Shown here piece by piece: positions 52,179 to 62,871 of a DNA stretch of 64,000 bases. Position numbers and translations under genes: made by a program. This DNA comes from Mobula hypostoma (lineage: Eukaryota), in the NCBI RefSeq assembly GCF_963921235.1, contig NC_086098.1, positions 3,286,001 to 3,350,000 on the forward strand. The letters run 5' to 3'. Each line of letters opens with the position of its first letter. The stretch's first letter is position 1. The notes beneath the pieces were generated by a model. It had not been told where the DNA came from and ran no database searches. It was given only the letters and a program-made list of their open reading frames with translations.

Positions 52179-52639
52179 AAAGAATCAGATTCCAGTGTTT
52201 TATCACTGACAGATGTCATGAAATTTGTTTTGTTGTTCTGTACCAGCAGTACAGTGCAATACATTAAAAAAGTGTTATAAGTTACAATAATAAATATATA
52301 ACAATAAATAAATAGATTTAACAAAGTGAGCTGGTGTTCATGGCCCATTCAGAAATTTGAAGCCAGATGCATAGAAGCTTTTTCTAAAATGCTGAGAGCA
52401 TCTTCAGGCTTTTGTACATCCCCTCTGATGGTAGTAATGAGAAGAGAGCACATCCTGGGTGCTAATAGTCCTTAATGATTAATAAATAAGATTTCCTGAA
52501 ATAAAAGGTTTCGTCTTGTTCCCACTGCTTTAATCCAATTTAAAGAAAAGCTCAAAGGAAATTGTTTTCAGTGAAATGCTCTGAATTCATAATAGAGTGA
52601 AATAATTTATTGCTAATATTCACTAAATGACTAAAAACT

Positions 52640-53000
52640 CTTGGTGTGGTCACTCACATCGAGTATAATGTACTCTCAAGGGGTTATGCCCTTAATGCAG
52701 AACGCCTGTGTGTGACTTTGTTTAACATGGGGAGGCTGATGCACGGGCAGACACCACACAGTTCTTGTCACATTGGGACCAGATTTCTGTGACATAAAAT
52801 GGAAGGTGACTGGGGACCCGTCACTGTCATTGTGATGTGTCATCATCTTCCGTCATCTCTGCTGTTGAGGTCTTGGTTGGATCGCTCTTTGTCTGGAATC
52901 TCCCCCTTGACCTTACCGCCATGGGTGACCCTACCAGGAGCTAAGCTCCAGACAGCATCATTTTTGGGATCTCAGGAACTCACAGGGATCTCCACCACTA
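52640..53000 (-). mobile_element. RTE-clade (Rex3/Expander-like 5'UTR) non-coding derivative
   Basis: Minus strand gctcctggtagggtcacccatggc...ccagacaaagagcgatcc resembles remembered fish RTE 5'UTRs. Confidence 0.45.
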
Positions 53001-53289
53001 AAAATTATCAACATCTGAATAACATAGTACACAACCTCGGTGCAATATACTGCAATCAAAATAATTGTGCATCACTTACTGTGGTCACACCATTGATGCA
53101 TAAGTTTTACACAAGTGTGCTGAGAAGGTTCAAGCAAAAATAAACCAAATTTTCTTCATAAAAATCTTTTTACTACAACTGTCAGTCATCAGCCCTCTTT
53201 GGTGCCACCATCAAATATACTTTTGTATTTTACGTAGACTCGTTATCTCACCAACCACTTTGTTAACTGTTTCCCTATTGAACAACAAT

Positions 53290-53800
53290 GATGTTACCTG
53301 GTCTTGAGAGCCTGAGTTACACGGAAAGGGAAAGGTTAAATAAGTGAGGGCTTTACTCCCTGGAACGTAGGAGAGCACAGGCAGATTTGATAGAGGTCGA
53401 CTTTACTCCCTGGAATGTAGGAGAGTACAGGCAGATTTGATAGAGGTCTACAAAATTATGAGGTGCATAGATAGGGTAAATGCAAGCAGGCTTTTTCAAC
53501 TGTGGTTAGATGAAACTGGAACGAGAGGACATATTTTAAGAGTGAAAGGTGAAATATTTAAAGGGAACCTGAGGGGGAACTTTCTCACTCAGAGGGTGGT
53601 GAGAGTGTGGAATGGTGAATGTGGGTTTGATTTCAACATTTAGGTGAAATTTGAATAGGTATATGGATGGGAAGTGTATGGAGGGCTATGGTCTGGGTGC
53701 CAGTGAATGGGACCACAGGAGGAGGCAAAGTAACAGTTTGGCATCAACTGGATGGGCAGAAGGACCTGTTTCTCTGCTGTCGTGTTCTACGACTCAGTGA
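53290..53800 (+). mobile_element. CR1 3' fragment with an internal 50-bp tandem duplication (53351/53401)
   Basis: ORF 53437..53643; tail merges into a minisatellite. Confidence 0.88.
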
Positions 53801-54425
53801 TCTGCCGGTATTACAGTTCTACGACTCTCCGATCTGCCGGTATTACAGTTCTACGACTCTCCAATCTGTCGGTATTACAGTTCCACGACTCCACGATCTG
53901 CCGGTATTACAGTTCTACGATTCCACGATCTGTCGGTATTACAGTTCCACAACTCTATGATCTGCCGGTATTACAGTTCCACAACTCCAAAATCTGGCGG
54001 CATTACAGTTCCACGACTCCACGATCTGCCGGTATTACAGTTCTACGACTCCACGATCTGCCGGTATTACAGTTCTATGACTCTATGATCTGCTGGTATT
54101 ACAGTCCTACGATTCTGTGATCTGCCAGTATTACAGTTCTATGACTCTACGATCTGCCGGTATTACAGTTCTACGACCCTATGATCTGCCAGTATTACAG
54201 TTCCACGACTCCATGATCTGCCGGTATTACAGTTCTATGACTCCACGATCTGCCGGTATTACAGTTCTATGACTCTACGATCTGCCGGTATTACAGTTCT
54301 ACGACCCTATGATCTGCCAGTATTACAGTTCCACGACTCCACGATCTGCCGGTATTACAGTTCTACGACCCCACGATCTGCCGGTATTACAGTCTTACGA
54401 TTCTGTGATCTGCCGGTATTACAGT
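53784..54425. repeat. 32-bp minisatellite, about 20 copies
   Basis: Consensus GTTCTACGACTCCACGATCTGCCGGTATTACA. Confidence 0.97.
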
Positions 54426-54659
54426 TAAAAGCCAGTTCTATGTTTTATCCACAATCTCAGCTATCCATAGGCTCCCTTCTGCTATTGTTAGTGTAATTAT
54501 GAGAAAGGATGGACTGATTTGGAGTATAAAAATACAGCATACACAAGTCCATATCCTGCTGGCACATTTCATGGGCTTGCATAAGAATAACACCAGAGGC
54601 TTGTTTAACGGGAAACCTCTGTTCCAAAGCTTCATAACACCTGGTTAGACTATACTTTG

Positions 54660-55420
54660 TGCCACTCAGTGTCAGTAAGACCAAAGAAGCGATTGTGGAC
54701 TTCAGAAAGGGTAAGACGAGGGAACACACACCAGTCTTCATAGAGGGGTCAGAAACGGAAAGAGTGAGCAATTTCAGGTTCCTGGGTATCAATACCTCTG
54801 AGGATCTATCCTGTGCACAACATATTGATACAGCTACAAAGAAGGCATGACAGCAGCCAAAGACACTCGTAAATTTCTATAGATGTATGGTGGACAGCAT
54901 TCTAATTGGTTGCATTACCATCTGGTATTGGGGGAGCTATGGGGGGTGTCTACTGCACAGGATTGAAATAAGCAGATGAGAGTTGTCAACTGAATTGTGG
55001 GCACTAGCCTCCATAATATTCAGGTCATCCTCAAGGAAAGATGCCTGAAAAAAGGACCGCGTCCATCATTAGGGAACCCCATCACACAGGACACGCCCTG
55101 TTCTCATTGTTATCATCTGAAAGGAGGTACAGGAGCCTAAAGACACAAACTCAGCAATTCAGGAACACTTCTGCCCCTCTGCCATCAGATTCTGAATGCA
55201 CACTACATCCATGAACTGCCTCACTATTTTATTTTTATTTTTGCACTGTTTATTTAATTTAACTACTATGTATATATATATTTATTCACACACACACACA
55301 CACACACAATTGCTAAAATTCATGGCTTTTTTCTCTATGATTATGCAATGCATTGTATGGCTGCCATAAAGTTAACAGATTTCATGACATGTGCTGGTGA
55401 TATTAAACCTGATTTTGATT
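54660..55420 (+). mobile_element. Rex1/Babar 3' part with internal (CA)n
   Basis: LSVSKTKEAIVDFRKG, FRFLGI, ILIGCITIWY; ggtgatattaaacctgatt tail. Confidence 0.85.
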
Positions 55421-55424
55421 TGTT

Positions 55425-55550
55425 CTTGCCGAAGGGTCTCAGCCCGAAAACATCGACTGTACTCTGTTCTAGATGCTGCCTGGCCAGCTGAGTTCCTCCA
55501 CAATCTTGTGTGTGTTGCTCTGGATTTCCAGCATCTGCAGATTTTCTCAT
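55425..55550 (+). mobile_element. Penelope-like pLTR
   Basis: gaagggtctcagcccgaaaacatcgactg...tttccagcatctgcag. Confidence 0.7.
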
Positions 55551-55647
55551 ATCTGATTCTGATACGTTTATTGTCACTTCACCCTATACGTGTATATCGC
55601 CAAATGAAACGACGTTCCTCCGGACTACACAACACAGCACATATATC

Positions 55648-55920
55648 TGGGGCACGGTAGCAGGGTGGTCAGCACAACACTTCACAGTTGCAGCAACCCG
55701 GGTTTGCCTGTAAGAAGTTTGTCCGTTCTGTCCGTGACCCCCATGTTTTCCTCCAGGTGCTCGATTTCTTCCCACAGTCCAAAGACATACCGGTTAGTAG
55801 GATGTTTGGTCATTATAAATTGTCGCATGATTAGGCTGGGGTTAAATTGAGGTTTGCTGGGCAGTGTGGCTCAAAGATCTGGAAGGCCCTGTTCTACAGT
55901 GTCCCACAATAAATAAATAA
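55648..55920 (+). mobile_element. V-SINE with CR1-type tail
   Basis: gggcacggtagc head; tttcctccaggtgctcgatttcttcccacagtccaaaga V-domain; (AAAT)n end. Confidence 0.8.
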
Positions 55921-56357
55921 CTCACACATACAACACATAATTTACCACAAATAAATTAGCAATTGATAAAATATATTCCATAAACTGAATCTACTGGGAA
56001 CTGAATTGGTTGTCTAAATACAAGGAATGGCTGTAAAGGAAAATACAGTGAATTGTCAGCACTAGGTATTCCATGGATCTGTAATGTTCTGGATCAGATG
56101 CAGAGCAAATTCTCAATGCCTACATTAAAGACAACACACCCGACTGTGTGAGGTTTCAATTACTTGCATCCCCTGCATGTGTGAGTGCCAGTTTCATGCC
56201 ATCTGTTCCAGGACCCATGCCCACAAGGATCTGAGCTAAAACTCTTCACAGATGACTGTACAATACAGAAATAACGGTAGCCTGCCTACAGCGGATTCAA
56301 ACCGACACCGCAAAGTTGAGCAATTCCACCTTCTCCCTCTGTCCCAATGCTAAAAGT

Positions 56358-56672
56358 CAGCACGGTCGCGTAGTGATTAGCATAATGCCAGATCAGCATT
56401 ACAGATCGGGGTTCAATTCCCACCGCTGTCTATAAGGAGTTTGCATGTTCTCCCTGTGGCCACGCAGATTTCTTCTGTGTGCTCCAGTTTCACTAAGCCG
56501 TACAGTTTGGGTTATAAAAGGGTGTGCTATATTGGTGCTGGAAGCATGGGGACACTTGCAGGCTGCCCCCAGCACATCCTCAGACTGGGTTGGACTTTGA
56601 TGTAAGACATGCATTTCACTGTATATTCCAATACTTTGATGCACATGTGACAAATAAAGCTAATATTAATCT
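56358..56672 (+). mobile_element. V-SINE with Rex1-type tail
   Basis: A box and B box (GGTTCAATTCC); ggagtttgcatgttctccctgtg V-domain; gtgacaaataaagcta end. Confidence 0.8.
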
Positions 56673-57261
56673 TTTCAGCTCTAATATGAGCAAATAGCCA
56701 TAAAGAGAGTTGAAATAGCCTCCCTCTAAAAGCCTCACCTACATTTAAACTACTTTTTTATATTAATGTTATTTTAATGTGTTAATCTTTCATCACAAAT
56801 GTGTGAGATTTATACAAAATGCTTAATTTCTGTTTAAAAACTCTGGAAAATTTGATTAAATATTTTTTGATTGGCATTTCAATGAGTGAATTCCGGAATA
56901 TTCCACCACATATGGTGCCCTTTTTCTGTTTTGATTCCACATTCAAACACACATTCGCCCAAAAGATCACTTGGCTCCCGGGATCTTTTTTAAACTGCTG
57001 CAAATGCAAAGTTTCCCCCCACCAGCCGAAGGTGCAGAAATACGTTGAGGGCAGGAATGAAATGGGAAATGTCAGCATATCCGCATCCATCAGCAGGCAT
57101 TCCAGTGTGTGAATGCCAGAGTTTCTCACATGAAAGTTGAAGGCCCGAACTTGCTGACTGCTCTTCTTCTAACTGAGCTGCATTGCACACTTTGTGAGGG
57201 AGATGAAGAAAGTGCTACAACTCTGCTGCACAAATAATGGAGAATCAGCTCAACTCAAAAA

Positions 57262-57596
57262 CACAAGAGATTCTGCTGAGGCTTGAAATCCAGAGCAGCA
57301 CACACAGAATGCTGGAGGAACTCAACAAGTCAGGCAGCATCTATGGAGAGGAACAAACAGCCAATGTTGCAGGCCGACACCCTTAATTTTTACTTCATCT
57401 CCCATCCCCACCCACCTAGCTTCACCCATCACCTTCCAGCTTGTCCTTCTCTCCCTTCCTCCACCTTCTTTTCCTGGCTTCTTCATCCTTCCTTTCCAGT
57501 CCTGCTGAAGGGTCTCAGCACCAAACGTCTACTGCTTATTCATTTCTGTAGATGCTGTCTGACCTGCTGTGTTCCTCCAGCATTTTGGTTATTGCT
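57262..57596. mobile_element. Penelope-like inverted pLTR pair
   Basis: 57262-57380 is the reverse complement of a pLTR; 57497-57596 is a forward pLTR with cagtcCTGCTGAaggg. Confidence 0.7.
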
Positions 57597-57701
57597 TAAT
57601 TCAAAATTGTTTAATGTCATTTCCAGTAGACAGATGTAAAGCAGAACGAAATAATTGTTACTCTGAATCCAATTCAGCACAAATAAAACCACAATAAGTG
57701 T

Positions 57702-58017
57702 GGGCACGTGGCCAAGTGGTTAAGGCATTGGACTAGCGACCTGAGGGTCGTGAATTCGAGCCCTAGCCGAGGCAACGTGTTGTGTCCTTGAGCAAGGCAC
57801 ATAATCACACATTTCTCTGCAACAACGCTGGTGCCAAGCTGTATGGGTCCTAGTGCCCTTCCCTTGGACAACATTGGTGTCGTGGAGAGGGGAGACTTGC
57901 AGCATGGGCAACTGCTGGTCTTCCATACAACCCTGCCCAGGCCTGCGCCCTGGAGAGTGAAGACTTTCCAGGCGCAGATCCATGGTCTCGCAAGACTAAT
58001 GGATGCCTTAAAAAAAA
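57702..58017 (+). mobile_element. Full-length tRNA-derived SINE (second family)
   Basis: A box TGGCCAAGTGG, B box GAATTCGAGCC, gtgtccttgagcaaggcac block, A-tail. Confidence 0.88.
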
Positions 58018-59121
58018 GACAGAGAACACAATAATAAAAAAATCACAATAAGTATAAATACATAAGATAGCTTAAGAACACAGATTAATTGTATGTCCAT
58101 AAAGCGACGCTAGACATAGGAGTGTCCGTACATAAGGTGACTGACTAAAAATGATAAAGTAGTGGTGGTTGGGTTAGTGAGTGGAGGTGTTGATCAGCCT
58201 TACTGCTTGGGGAAAGTTCCTGTTTTTGAAACTGGTAGTCCTGGTGTGGATGCTACATAGCCTCCCTCCAATGGAAGAGGGACAAATAGTCCATGAGCAG
58301 GGTGGGTGGGATACTTCATGATGTTACTGGTTATTTTCTGGCACTTCTCTGAATATATGTCCTAGGTGGTGGTTAGGCTGGTGCCAGTGATGCGTTGAGT
58401 AGTTTAGACTACCCGTTGTAGAGCCTTCCTGTCCACCATATATGGATGCTTTCTATTAGGATCACGTTATAGGGTGTTCTGTGCTGCACATCTGAAGAAG
58501 GATGTGGGTAGTGACATGCATAGTCCAGCTCCCTGCACTGACGGCAATCTTCATCAGAATGGCTGCCCCTGCTGGATCTCATAAGGTCCAATAAAAAGAG
58601 CAATGTGCTGGATGTGGTACCTGCCACTCGGTCTTGGACTTCCATGGGGATCAGCAAGATCGGATGGCAGACTCCCCTGCAGAAGGACTGAGGAACTGAG
58701 GCAAGTCATCGACCTGCTTCAGTGTCCACTTCCAGAACAGGTAGTTTTATTTTATTTCAGAGATAGACCAAGATAACAGACCCCTCTTGCCCAGCAGGCC
58801 ATGCCACCCACTAATACCCATCTAACCAACTAACGTATTAACCCATAATCCTTGGAATACGGGAGAAAACTGGAGCTCTCCGAGGAGGCCCACGCTGCCA
58901 CAGGGAGCACGGACAAACTTCTGACAGATAGTGGTAGGAAATGACCCTGGGTCACTTGGGCTGTAAAGCATTACACTGACTGCTGTGTTACCAAGTTGCA
59001 AATCATCACTGAAGACCCATCAACAAATTTGCGTCTTTTGCGTACTTGTAAAACCTTCTTCAATGCAAATGGCTTAAAGCGACACTTACCTTCAGAACTT
59101 CTACAGGAGCACAATAAACCG

Positions 59122-59237
59122 TATTCTAAATGGTTGTATCACAGCCTGGTCTGGAAACACCAATGGACTGTATTCTAAATGGTTGTATCACAGCCTGGTC
59201 TGGAAACACCACTGGACCTTATTCTAAATTGTTGTAG
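59122..59237. repeat. 49-bp tandem repeat, 2.3 copies, Rex1-derived
   Basis: tattctaaa at 59122, 59171 and 59220; unit encodes ILNGCITAWSGN. Confidence 0.85.
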
Positions 59238-59878
59238 ATATTACTATTGGGACAATATACACCCTGTTCGTGTTCCATAGTCTTTCAATTTGCTCTTTTA
59301 ATTCAGCATATGTCTGGTGTTTTTCACTTATTGCTTTCTGTAAATTGTGTGTTTGGAATGGCTGGATCTATTAAATAAGTTGTTCTTGCTTGTTTGTCCT
59401 GCATTATTATATCCAGACAGTTATTATGGATTGTCCTGTCTGTACTAACTGATCGATTGTAATATAATTTGTGGGACTCAGACTGTAAAAGTGGAGCAGA
59501 CTTGTGTTTATAGTAAGGTATGGTGCCTTTTATGTGTTTGTATTTTAAAGCAAGATTTTGGTGAATGATCTTTGCCACTTGATTGTGGCTGTGTAAGTAA
59601 TCAGATTGAGTTAAACTGCTGTGGGATCCTGCATTGCTTCTGGTTTCTCTGCATTTACCATCTTGAATTTGTTGGTCTTTTATAATGTATTTTTTATCAT
59701 TTTTTGTGTTAACCACTTGGTCTAGTATCACCACAAAGAACCCTCCTGTTTCTGGAAGAGGTCTACAACTCTGAGCTAGACATTCAATGTTTCCTTGTCA
59801 GTATCTAGTCTGCTCAGATCGTGGGGATGTCTTCCTTGGAGGGTCATGCCTTCTATTGGTTAACTTTTTCCTCCAAGT
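59232..59878 (-). mobile_element. R4/Dong-type non-LTR element, C-terminal Zn-knuckle and RLE endonuclease remnant
   Basis: DQVVNTK..KKYIIKD, YLHSHNQVAKIIHQNLA, TIHNN.LDII..DK....YLID.AIP, YAELKEQIERLW...YIVPIVIS. Confidence 0.8.
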
Positions 59879-59879
59879 T

Positions 59880-60228
59880 AGAGGCAGCAGAAACCAAAAC
59901 CTGGCAGTAGGTATAAAAGGCTATGCCTTTTCACTTCAGAAATGGAGCGATGTCTACAGAACAGAGTGATATGGCCACTGCCCAGGGATCAGTAGGAGCT
60001 AACGCTAGGCGTAACAGTAAGCGAAATGCTAGTGGTGCACTGCTGAACAAGCCAGCAGACACCAGGAAACCCGAGAAAGATGCTGCCAGCACTCAACATA
60101 GCCTACCAATGCCACAGGCTGCGACTGCTGCAAATGTTTCTCAGCGGAGCTGTCCACTTACAACTGAGGCCACTCAAGCAGCTAAGAGAAGAAAGACACG
60201 CATGAAATAGTCATTAGATGCAAACACT
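59880..60228 (+). mobile_element. Probable 5' end and N-terminus of an R4/Dong-type element
   Basis: ORF 59923..60210 ends KRRKTRMK*SLDANTF, read as RMK(W)S...N.F with TGG>TAG. Confidence 0.5.
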
Positions 60229-61123
60229 TTTTTTTTGTATTTGCACAGATATTTTCCTCTTGCACATTGATTGTTTGTCATTCTTTGTGAGTAGTTTTTC
60301 CTTGATTCTATTTTATTTCTTTGTCCTACTATGAATGCCTGCAAGAAAATGACTCTCAAGGTCATATATGGTGACATATAAATACCTTGATAATAAATTT
60401 AATTTGAACTTTGAGAACTGTCAGCCGCACTCAGTGTGATTCTGTCAATTGTTTCAATGGAATACAGCCAGATTATTCACACTCCTTTCAAAATCTTCCC
60501 CGAATACAAAGCAGCCCTGTACTGAGTGTTTCACTGACCACAAAGGCTCTAATACATCTCAGTGACATAATGAGCTCAGGGAGGTGAGAAAATCGGACCT
60601 GGCTAAGGAGGGCTACTTGGCTCTATTTGGAACCAGAATCAGGGTTATTATCACTGGTATATGTTGTGCAATTTGTTGTTTTGTGGATGCAATATTGTGC
60701 AGAGCATGAAATATGTACAAAATAAATTATAATAAGAAATATTTTAAAAAATTAAATAATTAAAGCAAAATAAGAACAAAAAATAGTGAGGTCGCATTCA
60801 AGGGTTGATTGTCCACTCAGAAATATGACGGTGGAAGGGAAGAAGATGTTCCTAAAACGTCTTCAGACTTCTGTACCGCCTCCTTGATGAGAAGAGGGTG
60901 TGTCCTGGGTATCTGGGATCTTTAATGATACATGCTACATTCCTGAGACATCACCTTTTGAAGCTGTCCGCAATGGTCAGGAGACCAGTGCCATTTTTAA
61001 TGATTTTATCTTTATTGTGATACAGTCCGTCCAGCCCTTTGAGCCATGCTGTCCAGCAACCTCCTGATTTTAATCCTAGCCTTATCATGGGACAATTTAC
61101 AAAGTCCAATTAACCTACTAACT

Positions 61124-61260
61124 AGCAACATACATCAAAGTTGCTGGTGAACGCAGCAGGCCAGGCAGCATCTCTAGGAAGAGGTGCAGTCGACGTTTCA
61201 GGCTGAGACCCTTCGTCAGGACTTGAATTTCCAGCATCTGCAGAATTTCTGTTGTTTGCG
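61124..61260. mobile_element. 137-bp Penelope-like pLTR insertion with 12-bp TSD and internal inversion
   Basis: AACCTACTAACT at 61112-61123 and 61261-61272. Confidence 0.85.
61187..61223 (-). ncRNA. Minimal type I hammerhead ribozyme motif
   Basis: AGUC-CUGACGA-AGG gucucag CCU-GAAAC-GUC^GACU: stem I, core, stem II, palindromic stem III, GUC cleavage triplet. Confidence 0.7.
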
Positions 61261-62134
61261 AACCTACTAACTGGTACGTCTTTGGACTGTGGAGGAAACC
61301 GGAGCACCCAGAGGAAACCCATGCAGTCACAGGAACAACGTACAAACTCCTTACCAGGAGTGGTGGGAATTGAATACTGGCTGCCTGTCTTGTAAAGCGT
61401 TGTGCTAACAACTGCACTACCATGCACCCCATAAATTCTGTGTTTTTGGTTTTGTGTCCGTATCCGTTCATTTTCAATGTATATCAGAAAAAGCAGAATG
61501 ATGCTAAAATCTTCAAAAGTGAAAAATGCATCTTTTTCTTCATTGTAAAACACACAGTATCACCCCCTGAATATCTTTATTTTAATTTTGTATTTTAAAG
61601 TTCAATGGTTAGCTGACAGGAAAATCCTTAGTTAGCTATTCTGAACATGTAGTCTGTCTAATGGAGAAATCCAGCATTTAACAAGGCACTGGAGGTGCAC
61701 AATCATTCCTGATGCAAGGACAACTGACCTTCCCGATGTATGAACTTGTACATTCCAGGACAATCTTTCAAAGCTGCTTCTTATTTACAAAATATAGGGC
61801 CTTCTGCTTAATTGGACCATCAGTTAATCAGGGCGGCCGTTTATTTGGGACAACTCTTAAAGAGCAAAACCAAATTGGGTAAGTAGCTAAGATTCCTTTC
61901 ATTAATTTGGGATACTCTGCTGCTTAACTGGCCCCAGTAAAGCACACCCCCGACTTACTAACCCGAATCCCTACATCTTTGGAATGTGGCAGGAAACCAG
62001 AATTCGCAGAGGAAAGGCACATGGTCACGGAGAACGTACAAACTCCTTACAGAGAGCAGTGAGAGTTGAACCCAGGTCGCTGGTGCTGTAATAGCGTTCT
62101 GCCAACTGCTACCCTTGTGTTGTTAAGCACAAAC

Positions 62135-62345
62135 TCTTCTTCTTAAACGTATCACCACTACTGGGGCACAAGCCACCAACAGCACCTCACCAGAGTCCTC
62201 TGTGCTGGGCCAGTCTTTCATGGTGCAGTCTAGCAAAACATGTTCCTCTCCCAGAGATGAGGCTTCTGGAGCTTCTGTTAGTGTTTCTGTAGCTCTGGGT
62301 TTTTACCAAGTGGGCTTGCTAGCCCCATCTCCAACCCTTTCCTTT
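62135..62345 (-). mobile_element. Bipartite RTE-derived short element
   Basis: 5'UTR-like gggttggagatggggctagcaagccc..gtaaaaac joined to an RTE-like ORF end (VGGLCP) and (AAG)n tail. Confidence 0.5.
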
Positions 62346-62835
62346 TACAGTTCAATATTCTAATTACTTGTTCAATATTATCACAAAATTAATCCAATCA
62401 TAGTTGTTAGCCAGGGCTTCTTCCACATACAGCAGTTGGCCAGTTTAACCACAGGCTATATTGCCACCACCTGTGCAGGGCTGAGCTGCCAGTAACTGAA
62501 ATACAAAGATACTCAGTTCATGATGCTGCATCTTGATCAATGTTTTAGCTTCTGATGCTTTTCTGCTCCTGCCTGAGCTCACTGGGGTCAGCTTTCCCAG
62601 GAATAAATGCTCCTTCCAGGCCTTGTATCGACAGCTTGTCGGCAGGCACTGTTTGTGGTCAAATACTTGTGAATACCTAACACATTCCAGCTGGAATCGT
62701 CTTTACAGGGGCTGGTGGAGGTGGGGAAAGGTTAGAAAGTGGGAATAATATCCCTGTACAAAGTCAGCCAGTGAGCTGAGATCAGGCAGGGTGCCACGTC
62801 CCCTGTGATGGCATCCAAACTGGAATCGTGTGCAC

Positions 62836-62871
62836 CTGGGTCAGGCTGACGTGGGGGCTCCTCTCTGAGAG
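62836..62871 (-). CDS. Candidate 36-nt symmetric micro-exon (xLREEPPRQPDP)
   Basis: Strong acceptor tgtttgttgttatttttag|, weak donor CAG|gtgcac, inside a TE-free island. Confidence 0.15.

Larger units (their letters stand above)
61010..61430 (-). mobile_element. V-SINE split by a Penelope pLTR insertion
   Basis: tctttggactgtggaggaaaccggagcacccagaggaaacccatgcag V-domain. Confidence 0.8.

Noticed and set aside
53667..54496. Repetitive proteins from ORFs over the 32-bp array (also 41811..42050 and 17534..17925)
   Set aside because: By-products of tandem repeats, with no splice or start context.
57702..57775. tRNA gene (also 45371 and 38270-38340)
   Set aside because: The tRNA-like head runs into a shared SINE body and tail with no Pol III terminator; it is a dispersed repeat.
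59090..59100. 11-nt minus-strand micro-exon (cctgtag|AAGTTCTGAAG|gtaagt)
   Set aside because: Frame-shifting length, wedged between TE-derived sequence, and plausible by chance.
61790..61935. DNA-transposon/MITE end (also 38990-39040)
   Set aside because: Only a vague resemblance to Tc1/mariner termini; no matching second TIR or TA duplication found.
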